A stretch of DNA of 64,000 nucleotides. Origin: Hormiphora californensis (Eukaryota; Animalia; Ctenophora). The position numbers were made by a program, and so were the translations under genes. The stretch is from the NCBI GenBank assembly GCA_020137815.1, contig CM035362.1, positions 6,319,404 through 6,383,403 of the forward strand. Direction: 5' to 3'. The notes beneath the pieces are model-generated. The model made no database searches and was not told the DNA's origin. It saw only the letters and a list, made by a program, of their open reading frames with translations. Numbering within the stretch: the stretch's first letter is position 1; every line of letters begins with the position of its first letter. Positions 1-10,900 of this stretch are shown one piece after another.

Positions 1-3000
1 GTAGACGAGGAGGCGTGTTGTCCACAGTGTGTAACAGGTAAGGAGGCGTGCTGTCCACAGTGTGTAACAGGTAAGGAGGCGTGCTGTCCACAGTGTGTAA
101 CAGGTAAGGAGGCGTGCTGTCCACAGTGTGTAACAGGTAAGGAGGCGTGCTGTCCACAGTGTGTAACAGGTAAGGAGGCGTGCTGTCCACAGTGTGTAAC
201 AGGTAAGGAGGCGTGCTGTCCACAGTGTGTAACAGGTAAGGAGGCGTGCTGTCCACAGTGTGTAACAGGTAAGGAGGCGTGTTGTCCACAGTGTGTAACA
301 GGTAAGGAGGCGTGCTGTCCACAGTGTGTAACAGGTAAGGAGGCGTGTTGTCCACAGTGTGTAACAGGTAAGGAGGCGTGCTGTCCACAGTGTGTAACAG
401 GTAAGGAGGCGTGCTGTCCACAGTGTGTCACAGGTAAGGAGGCGTGCTGTCCACAGTGTGTAACAGGTAAGGAGGCGTGCTGTCCACAGTGTGTAACAGG
501 TAAGGAGGCGTGCTGTCCACAGTGTGTAACAGGTAAGGAGGCGTGTTGTCCACAGTGTGTCACAGGTAAGGAGGCGTGCTGTCCACAGTGTGTCACAGGT
601 AAGGAGGCGTGCTGTCCACAGTGTGTAACAGGTAAGGAGGCGTGCTGTCCACAGTGTGTAACAGGTAAGGAGGCGTGCTGTCCACAGTGTGTCACAGGTA
701 AGGAGGCGTGCTGTCCACAGTGTGTCACAGGTAAGGAGGCGTGTTGTCCACAGTGTGTAACAGGTAAGGAGGCGTGCTGTCCACAGTGTGTAACAGGTAA
801 GGAGGCGTGCTGTCCACAGTGTGTAACAGGTAAGGAGGCGTGCTGTCCACAGTGTGTAACAGGTAAGGAGGCGTGCTGTCCACAGTGTGTAACAGGTAAG
901 GAGGCGTGTTGTCCACAGTGTGTAACAGGTAAGGAGGCGTGTTGTCCACAGTGTGTAACAGGTAAGGAGGCGTGTTGTCCACAGTGTGTAACAGGTAAGG
1001 AGGCGTGCTGTCCACAGTGTGTCACAGGTAAGGAGGCGTGCTGTCCACAGTGTGTAACAGGTAAGGAGGCGTGCTGTCCACAGTGTGTAACAGGTAAGGA
1101 GGCGTGCTGTCCACAGTGTGTAACAGGTAAGGAGGCGTGCTGTCCACAGTGTGTAACAGGTAAGGAGGCGTGTTGTCCACAGTGTGTCACAGGTAAGGAG
1201 GCGTGCTGTCCACAGTGTGTCACAGGTAAGGAGGCGTGCTGTCCACAGTGTGTAACAGGTAAGGAGGCGTGCTGTCCACAGTGTGTAACAGGTAAGGAGG
1301 CGTGCTGTCCACAGTGTGTCACAGGTAAGGAGGCGTGCTGTCCACAGTGTGTCACAGGTAAGGAGGCGTGCTGTCCACAGTGTGTCACAGGTAAGGAGGC
1401 GTGCTGTCCACAGTGTGTAACAGGTAAGGAGGCGTGCTGTCCACAGTGTGTAACAGGTAAGGAGGCGTGCTGTCCACAGTGTGTAACAGGTAAGGAGGCG
1501 TGTTGTCCACAGTGTGTAACAGGTAAGGAGGCGTGCTGTCCACAGTGTGTAACAGGTAAGGAGGCGTGTTGTCCACAGTGTGTAACAGGTAAGGAGGCGT
1601 GCTGTCCACAGTGTGTAACAGGTAAGGAGGCGTGCTGTCCACAGTGTGTCACAGGTAAGGAGGCGTGCTGTCCACAGTGTGTAACAGGTAAGGAGGCGTG
1701 CTGTCCACAGTGTGTCACAGGTAAGGAGGCGTGCTGTCCACAGTGTGTAACAGGTAAGGAGGCGTGCTGTCCACAGTGTGTAACAGGTAAGGAGGCGTGC
1801 TGTCCACAGTGTGTAACAGGTAAGGAGGCGTGCTGTCCACAGTGTGTCACAGGTAAGGAGGCGTGCTGTCCACAGTGTGTAACAGGTAAGGAGGCGTGCT
1901 GTCCACAGTGTGTAACAGGTAAGGAGGCGTGCTGTCCACAGTGTGTCACAGGTAAGGAGGCGTGCTGTCCACAGTGTGTAACAGGTAAGGAGGCGTGCTG
2001 TCCACAGTGTGTAACAGGTAAGGAGGCGTGCTGTCCACAGTGTGTAACAGGTAAGGAGGCGTGCTGTCCACAGTGTGTAACAGGTAAGGAGGCGTGCTGT
2101 CCACAGTGTGTCACAGGTAAGGAGGCGTGCTGTCCACAGTGTGTCACAGGTAAGGAGGCGTGCTGTCCACAGTGTGTCACAGGTGTGTACGGATGACAGA
2201 CTTGGCCCGTTTTGATGGAATTCATCATTTCCAATTCCTCGATCTAAGCTTCTAGGTTCTTTAATGTAATTTCATTATATCCAGTACCGAGTTCCCCCTC
2301 ATATTCCCACCCTCCTAGTAGGCTCCTAGGCTCCCACCCTCTTACCTAGAAGTTCCCACCAGCTAGAGAGTGGAGTTAGAAGAACCTCTTCCCTCGTATA
2401 TTTCCACTCATATAGTCCTCTATAACCCTCATATATTCACAGATTGGTTGGTTGCCCGTAACGACAAGACAGAGTTCACCAGTAAGGTTGGAGAGTCAGT
2501 AACTCTAGCTGTAGACATCCACCTCCCCATCAAACTTCCATCCAGGAACTTCAAGTGGGAAAAGAGGAGGGAGAGTGACGGTCTTATGGCCAAGAAATTC
2601 GAGTAAGATCTATATTTTCACCATCTGTAGAATATGAAATGCATACATTTTGATCATGATCACCAGCACAAACCTAGTCTTATAGTTCCCAGGAACCGAC
2701 TGACACAAGTAAAAAACCAATCAGAACTCGTTATTTAGGTCACGTGACTGGTTATCAGCCAATCAGGGACCAGTATTTCCTCTCACATTTCCCCTCAGCA
2801 TATCCGATGATGGGACATCTCTAACTATCAATGATTTGACACTGTCCGATGAGGGAGGATATAGAGTTAGAGTTTGTGTTGACAACAGTAACTGTGGAAG
2901 CATTGAATTCAGTCTGAGTGTCACGCAGAACGTGCTAGTTCCTGTTAATGCGGTAAGAACCAATCAGATCTCTCCGATAGACTGTCCAATAGACTGTCAC

Positions 3001-5771
3001 GCGTGATGCGAGACCGGCAATTATAGCTGCGCAGCTGCGTGAATCGCCCCTAAAGGTGTCAGGTGATATAGAATTAAACAATTTGAATCATTCTCCCAGC
3101 ATCAAATCATTATTAATATCATTCTCCCAGCATCAAATCATTATTAATATCATTCTCCCAGCATCAAATCATTATTAATACCATTCTCCCAGCATCAAAT
3201 CATTATTAATATCTTTCTCCCAGTATCAAATCATTATTAATGTCTTTCTCCCAGCATCAAAAAATTTGTATCATTCTCCCAGCATCAAACGGTAACAGAG
3301 TTGGAGTCCGTTACGTTTGAAGTTGAGGTGTTTGTGGAGCCTCAGCCGGAATGGCAGCATCTCATGTGGATGTCAGAGGCTGACGGAGACATGTTACCTC
3401 CAAAGAGCGGTAAGGAATGACAATACATTATTGTACCTGTACTGTTGTAATAATGGTTTTTGATGAGCTGATTTAAATTGAGTGTAATTCTCCACATCCT
3501 TGTAGGTCGAGTAAAGGCAGGAAATTCCCGGAGGACAATCACCATCAGTAGCATTACAAAAGAAGATGAAGGTAAGTAGCCCATTAAAACATATAGTCAT
3601 TTTATATATCCAAAATTGGTATGCCATGCACAACATCGCACAACATATCTCTTTCTGTCTATCAGGTCGATACCAGTGCCGTTTGACCCTGGAAGATGGT
3701 TCAGTGTACACAGCGGACTTCAAACTGACAGTAAAAAAGAGTGATGAGGTGATCCTATCTCCTGTAGAATCACCTGTCACAGCCCTGCACAGCAGCACAG
3801 TGACACTCGCAGTGAGTCATATAGATGTGCAATGTGTCAGTATACAGTATATTTGCCAGTATACATATTTCATGTGATGTGTCAGACCATGGATCATGTT
3901 GTAAACATGGTTATTTCGTAGTCACAATTAGTTTTCTGTATAATAATAACATAATGCAATAATAATTCTTGTTCTGTACGGTCTTCTTTTAGTATTTTCC
4001 AACCCAATTACAAATTTCCATTTTAGGTCAAAACAACGATAGCAAATGTTCCACCTAATTCCTTTACCTGGATTCGTAACGAGCAGTACATTAATCCTGA
4101 CAGTGGGGACAACAAGTACAGGTAACATTGTTACCATAGCAACACATAGCAAACTCAACGTGTTACCATAGCAATTTACCATTGTTAGTAAGACTCTAAT
4201 TTGGAATGCTAACCCCCCTACAATTTCTATGACTATTAATTTCACACAAATGTTATCACATCATTCCCATAGGTTTGCTAACTACAGAAAGGGCCTAGTA
4301 ATTAAAGATGTAACAGCGGCTGATGCTGGCGAGTATACTGCTCAGATGATGTACGGGAAGATTCACGAAAGGGCTGTGGTCCGTCTTATAGTCAGTTGTA
4401 AGTTTTATGAAGGAGTAAACAGCTTTATGAAGTAGTAAATAGCTTTATGAAGGAATAAACAGTTTTATGAAGAAGTAATTAGGTTTATGAAGGAGTAAAT
4501 AGGTTTATGAAGGAGTAAACATGTTTATGAAGGAGTGAACATTCACATTTTCCCAGCTGCAGAAGTGAAGATAGTGGCGGAGAACACTCCACTAAAAACA
4601 GTTGTCAACCAGAACGCTCACTTCCTGGTTTCTATAACGAGCAGTACTGGCAGTGTACCCTGGAAGACTATCGACTGGTACAAACTAGACGGTAATAACA
4701 CAATTTAATACTCGTTATAGCTGGTCTTGAACTTTATTCCTCGTAGGATTGAGTAACAAATAGAGTACATAGTCGCTAGACAATATGTACCTTATTTTCT
4801 AAATATCCATGTTTTCAGGGGCGGGTAAGCGAGTAAAGAAGTTAACACCTCCTGATAATGTGAAATACGCTACACCCAATTACAGAAGGAAACTTACCAT
4901 CAGAAATGTGCAACTTACTGACCAAGGTATTACATTCAATGCATTCCTTTATGTTCGGGTGGGTTTCTAACACTCATTCTGATTCAGACAAATGCAGATT
5001 TATAAACTTCTTTAAATGCAGATTAGCTACCTCTAATCACCTACTACTAATTACACCTCTAATCACCTACTACTAGTACTACTAGTACTAATTACACCTC
5101 TAATTACCTACTACTAATTACCTACCTCTAATTAATTTCAGGATTGTACGAGGTAGAGGTATCTCTCTAATCACCTACACCTCTAATCACCTACCTCTAA
5201 TTAATTGCAGGATTGTACGAGGTAGAGGTATCTCACCAGGGAGTTAATTACACCTCTAATTACACTAATTACCTCTAATTAATTGCAGGATTGTACGAGG
5301 TAGAGGTATCTCATCAGGGAGTTAATTACACCTCTAATTATCTCTAATTACCTCTAATTAATTGCAGGACTGTACGAGGTAGAGGTATCTCACCAGGGAG
5401 TTAATTACACCTCTAATCACTTACTACTAATTACACCTCTAATTACCTACCTCTAATTAATTGCAGGACTGTACGAGGTAGAGGTATCTCTAATTACCTA
5501 CCTCTAATTAATTGCAGGATTGTACGAGGTAGAGGTATCTCTAATTACCTACCTCTAATTAATTGCAGGATTGTACGAGGTAGAGGTATCTCTAATTACC
5601 TACCTCTAATTAATTGCAGGATTGTACGAGGTAGAGGTATCTCTAATTACCTACCTCTAATTAATTGCAGGATTGTACGAGGTAGAGGTATCTCACCAGG
5701 GAGTCAAAGTTTCTGAGAAAATGCAACTTACCGTTCTGGAATCTACCTTCCAAAGCTCCAGAGAGGAATAG
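1..5771 (+). CDS. 3' part of a multi-exon gene: end of a VWC-type Cys-rich domain followed by four Ig-like domains (probably secreted/ECM protein)
   Basis: Phase-consistent GT-AG exons <1-37 (VDEEACCPQCVT; CCPxC is the VWC C-terminal motif), 2443-2602, 2799-2952, 3283-3409, 3506-3571, 3666-3811, 4027-4121, 4273-4397, 4557-4691, 4819-4926, 5671-5771 (stop TAG). Ig F-strand motifs: LTINDLTLSDEGGY, ITISSITKEDEGRYQC, LVIKDVTAADAGEY, LTIRNVQLTDQGLY. Confidence 0.85.
8..2185 (+). repeat. 33-bp minisatellite x66 = last 28 nt of exon + GTAAG donor
   Basis: Unit gaggcgtgYtgtccacagtgtgtMacag|gtaag; first GT at 38, last at 2183 (65 x 33 nt apart). Confidence 0.97.
2690..2781. mobile_element. Short dispersed repeat family A (MITE-like, ~110 bp); other copies 8109-8184, 8463-8530, 17244-17328, 59645-59752, degenerate 61752-61808
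   Basis: Shared core aaccaatcagaactcgttatttaggtcacgtgactggttatcagccaatcagggaccag; the fullest copy (59645-59752) has inverted ends aggaaccgaccga / tcggtcggttcct. Confidence 0.85.
3088..3290 (+). repeat. 31-bp tandem repeat carrying 7 copies of the splice acceptor + first 7 exon nt
   Basis: ttctcccag|catcaaa with AG ending at 3099, 3130, 3161, 3192, 3223, 3254, 3282; only the last continues into unique exon. Confidence 0.9.
4403..4540. repeat. ~21-bp tandem repeat filling a short intron
   Basis: tttatgaaggagtaaa(c/t)ag repeated ~7x directly after the donor at 4398. Confidence 0.85.
5030..5703 (+). repeat. Compound tandem repeat with 9 copies of acceptor + 24-33 nt of the last exon
   Basis: ctctaattaattgcag|gaYtgtacgaggtagaggtatctc with AG ending at 5141, 5210, 5288, 5367, 5466, 5517, 5568, 5619, 5670. 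Confidence 0.92.
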
Positions 5772-6052
5772 AACCCACATGGTTCCATGACTACAAGATC
5801 ACGTGTTGAGACAAGAGTCCATAGCAACACGTTGCTACAAGACAGGAGTCCATAGCAACACGTTGCCATGAGACGGGAGTCCATAGCAACACGTTGCCAT
5901 GAGTCAAGACTCAAGAGTCAACACCAAACACTCAATGTATATTCAGTTAGAATCAGACTCTTTATACAGGGATGAGATTTGAACCCCTTTTTTAATTCAG
6001 TCCATCCTTATCCAGCTGAATGTACGAATTACAGGAACCTATTTGTAACAAT

Positions 6053-6306
6053 TGAATTGAGTGTTTACCAAGCAAACCTAAACACCTGTTTATCTTCTTG
6101 TTGGGGGGGAGGGGAATTGAGTGTTTACCAAGCAAACCTAAACACCTGTTTATCTTCTTGTTGGGGGGGGGAGGGGAATTGAGTGTTTACCAAGCAAACC
6201 TAAACACCTGTTTATCTTCTTGTTGTTGGGGGGGGGGGGAATTGAGTGTTTACCAAGCAAACCTAAACACCTGTTTATCTTCTTGTTGGGGGGGGGGTGG
6301 GGGGGA
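6053..6306. repeat. ~60-bp tandem repeat x4 with poly-G
   Basis: gaattgagtgtttaccaagcaaacctaaacacctgtttatcttcttgttgggggg repeated. Confidence 0.9.
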
Positions 6307-7399
6307 AGAAATTGACTAAAATTGTCACTATCGAACTGGAAGTGGAAACGTTTTTTGTATTCTTCCTGATTCAGCAGTCAGCGCTCACAACCATGTCGTG
6401 TTGTTGAGTCATAATATTACCTGCATATGAGATGATGATCCAATACCGTACATGTTTTGTTTGCTTCTTGGAGGTTGCCGGGTAGCTAAATAGAGCGCCA
6501 GACTCGCGCGGTATTATAGAGGTCTGTTAAAACTATTAAAAGAGCCGATTTGTATGCTTGTTACGTCAGATTACATCATATCATGACTTGATATAGAGCT
6601 CCTGCAAGTATTAGTAGTTACCGTGCATTATAAAAAGGAACGGGACGGACACAATCCGAATCATGGGAGAATCATCCACTGCGTAGCTGGAGTTGTTCAG
6701 ACCTTCTACTTTCCAACTTTTTCGTGTTAAAAGCAGTAGGTAGAGTAGGGATCCCTACCACACCTCTTCAGCCACCTGCCAGTCAAATTCACATCCTACA
6801 ACACGTCCTGTGTTATTTAGTACATTTGATCCACATTCCACAGAATATCGGATCCGGTTTCCTCTGTAGTACCTTTGTTGTCATGGCCCATTGTCTGTTG
6901 TTACCATGGTAACCGCTCCTTGTTGTATTGGTTGTCATGGATACTAAACACTGTGATGTCATCACACAGATGTTATCCAATACCACTTAGTGTCGGACCC
7001 AAAACTAATAAAGCGTTTACCTTTCATACCATATCTCATGGTTACACCCTTGTTCTGACCTACTGCAGTGATACTTTATTCTTTAGTCTTTTGGTACTTT
7101 GAATCCGTGCCTCCCCCTCTCCTACAACCGTAGGGACTGTAAAAATAACTTTCTGTGCCGAGCACACGATATGTGTAGTACACACGATTTGTAGGTCGCA
7201 GCCATCAATTAAAATTGTCACAATTAAAGATATGTCTCTTTACTGTTGAAATTGTTTTTAACTGTTTTCCTCACATGCTAGCATATAGGATTTATTTGAA
7301 AATATATTTTCAAATAAACACTATAGTGTTTTCAGTGTGTTACTATAAGAACGTACCACATGCCAAACATTTAAACGTCTTAGTTACAAGATATGAATA

Positions 7400-7570
7400 T
7401 CATAGGGGGAACGAGTCGTACCTGAATTGCTTAGGTCTCAGTGGAAAACAGTCGTGCCTGAATTGCTTAGGTCTTAGTGGAAAACAGTCGTGCCTGAATT
7501 GCTTAGGTCTCAGTGGAAAACAGTCGTGCCTGAATTGCTTAGGTTCGAGGCACGACTGTTTCTCCCATAC
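7400..7570. mobile_element. Dispersed repeat family B (MITE-like ends); related pieces at 15339-15387, 15776-15977, 21620-21720, 30865-30900, 31615-31660, 61640-61665
   Basis: Recurrent ggggRaaacagtcgtgcctgaacctgaggttcaggtcacggct motif in both orientations; here with four internal 36-bp tandem units and inverted ends. Confidence 0.65.
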
Positions 7571-7948
7571 TGTATCGTTAAATTAACATCTTAATCTATA
7601 ATTTATCTTATAAAAAAGAAGATTGTATGACGTAATGGAACTTGCTTGCCTGATCTGCGTGCTGATATAGCATCTATCTATCGTGCTGATATAGCATGTT
7701 TCGGTGCAGCTCTTATAAGCGGTGGTGTCAATACACTTTTAGATCTCAGACCATGCAGACCTGTTGATGCTTGTTATTAAGATTATCGGTGGGAAATATC
7801 TCTAACAGTGGTCCCATTGTGTTCGCAAAAACCGCTAGTTGTGAGCTGTTCGCAACTTTGTGAGCATTTCCAAGAACTTTTCGTTCGTAGAAAACTAGAA
7901 CGATCAGTGATCCCAATATCATGTCCCCAATACCATGTCCTAGGGCCC

Positions 7949-10900
7949 ATGTTTTTCTGTCGAAGTAGCAAATCAGTTTCCACCAATGGGGAGCTGCAGG
8001 GTGAGGATCAGCACTGTGGAGAGGAGTGGGTACCGGGGTCGGTGGCTTACACCTTCCACATTAGAACTGGATTTGTGTACCCCCAACTAGGAGCAACACG
8101 GTAAGCGCCAGGAACCAATCAGAACTCGTTATTTAGGTCACGTGACTGGTTATCAGCCAATCAGGCACCAGTATTTCTCGATTCCCGCAACTAGGAGCAA
8201 CACGAGATAATTGACACGCGTTTTAGGGGGTAATCGCGTTTTAGGGGGTCTGAGGGGGCTTTAATTTTGCAATCTGATTTGTTTGCTCCTTCATAAAATA
8301 TAATGTTGCTCCTTTAGAAAGTGGGACGATGGGACGATGGTGCTGGTAGTTAACCCGGGGAGTAAAGATAGTGAGTCCCAGGAGCTGAGAGTTAACAGGA
8401 CCTTTCATACAGATACTGAGTGGGCCACCATTGCTGATTTCTGGCTGCCAGAACGTATCGGTAAGTAAACAACCAATCAGAGCTCTTTATTTAGGTCACG
8501 TGACTGATTATCAGCCAATCAGGGGCCACTATTGCTGACTTCTGGCTGCCAGAACATATCGGTAAGTTGTTCGACCCTGTTTAGTGCATTAGAACATATC
8601 GGTAAGGAAGCAATCTACAATTTGAGGCTATAGGGCACGGCTTTGATAGTGATATTCCGAGTTATTCTAATAACTAATTGCTGTCTATAAAATTTGTCCA
8701 ATATAACCGGCCATACTACTATTCTATATCATGCTATCAAGGGAATTTTATGCAAAAGGGAAATTTATGCATCAAGGGAAATTTATGCAAATTTTATCAT
8801 CCAGTTCTCTGCAAGGGTTCTGATGCTAGAAGGCAGTGCTACGACAACCAGTGTAAAATGACTCATTTGTTGCACACCAGGAGAGTGAGGGAGGACACCC
8901 AGGACTCTTGGAGAACAGAAGAGAGGCATCGGAAATCCTTTGCACATGCGGTTGATGCGGCAGATACCGCGTTTAGACCCAAGCGACAGAGGAACATGAC
9001 AGCACCTGAGAAACGGGAGGAACCTGTGACCAAGGAGTTTCTACTGGAATCCCTGGGGAAAATCAAAACCGAACCTCCTCGTAAAGAGATACAGAAGGAG
9101 AAGAAGAATGAAGCCATCACGAAGGATTTTTTATTAAACATCTTGGAGGACATGAAAACAGAAATAAAGCAGTCAGTGGTCCTACAGCTGATGGAGTTCA
9201 AGACTCAAGTGGTGGATCCAGTGGCGGGGAGCAGAATACCTGTTTGGGGGTCAACAGGAACGCACCCGATGTTTCACAGTTTCACCTCTTAAACGCCAGA
9301 AGTTTTTGCCCATCAGAGGAGTCCACCTGGAAACTTGAGGTGGTACGTGATATGATGGATGCAGAGACCACCCCTGTGGCGTTTCTAGGAATAACGGAAA
9401 CCTGGTGGAGAGGGTATATGGCGGAGGCCCAGCTGCAGATTTCCGGATATAACCTGGTGAGATGTGACAGGAAGGGTAGGATTGGAGGAGGATGCGCCCT
9501 CTACATCCATTCTAGCCTCGCTATATCGGACCAGGTGGAGTATTCCGACAACAGCAATAACCTAGTGGCGGCCTACATGGGTGCAACCCACTCAATTGCG
9601 GCAGTTGTGTATCGTGCAGGGTCGGACTCAACCGATTTCCAGGAACTGGTGAATAAACTGCAGAAATTTGTAGAATTGCATAGCCAGGATAAAACCGTAC
9701 CAGATATTTGGGTGATGGGTGACTTCAATCTCCCACTCCTCAAATGGAAAGGAGGGGTACGGGAAACAATAGACCTACCTTTGTATAATGTTCTAGGTCA
9801 TTTTGTAGACAATAACTCTCTAAGTCAAATGGTTGATTTTCCTACCAGAGGGGAGAACGTCTTGGATTTGGTACTAACCAATCGTCCCGATTATGTTCTT
9901 TCAACCAAGTGTGAAGACCTGGGGATTTCCGATCACGAGATGGTAACATGCACCTTGACGTATAATAGTACGGAGAAGCCCCCCACCGATGATAAGGTTA
10001 GGTCGGACTTTGCGGAACTGAATCTTCTGAAAGCTGACTACGACAGGTTAAACTCGGTTTTCGATGAAGTGGACTGGAATCAGATGCATCTTCTGTGTAC
10101 AGAGTTGGAAGACCCTGATGCTGGCTTCTTAGAGCTAGTTAGGCTCACTGTTCTTCAGGTCTGCAAGATGTTCATTGAGCCGAAGCGATGGAAGGGAAAA
10201 CGGAAGGACAAAACTCTCCGGCACCTCCGCAGTCGGAGAAGAAAGTTAAATAAGAGACTGGTAAATGCAACAGGCAAGATGAAGTTCAAATTTGAGGAGC
10301 TTGTCGGCGGAATTACCCTTGCTATTAAAGTACATATTAAGGAAAAACAGCAGAACGAGGAAGAACGAGTCGCTTATGCAGTTAAAGGAAATCCTAAATT
10401 TTTCTACAGCCATGCCAAGTCGCTGTCTAAGGTCAAATCAACAGTTTCACCTCTAACGACACAAGATGGATCGCTTACCACCGACCCCAAGGAGAAAGCC
10501 GAGATCCTACAGAACCAGTATGTGAAGGTTTTCAGCAACCCATCAGAGGTGGATCCGGAAAAGGCAGTAGAGCACATCACAGAAGAGGAAGCCGAGATAA
10601 GCGACATCAGCTTTACGAAGGAGGACATAGAGCGGGCACTCAAGGAGCTTAAACCGAACTCAGCGGCCCCTCCTGGTGATATTCCGTCCATCGTTCTGAA
10701 AAACTGCCGCAAAACCTTGGCCTATCCAGTATGGGTTATATGGCAGTCCTCGTTCCAGACCGGTACAATACCCTCCGTTATGAAGGAACAGTTTATTTGC
10801 CCTATTTTCAAGAAAGGGGATCGATCAATAGCTGGTAACTATAGGCCGGTATCATTGACTTCGCATCTTTCGAAAACCTTCGAAAGAATTGTCAGGGATC

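Noticed and set aside
725-1642. Minus-strand ORFs (DSTPPYLLHTV)n
   Set aside because: Antisense reading of the 33-bp array; variants create stops in this frame.
6030-7135. Possible minus-strand gene fragments with acceptor- and donor-like sites
   Set aside because: Stops in all frames tried and no recognisable domain; cannot support.
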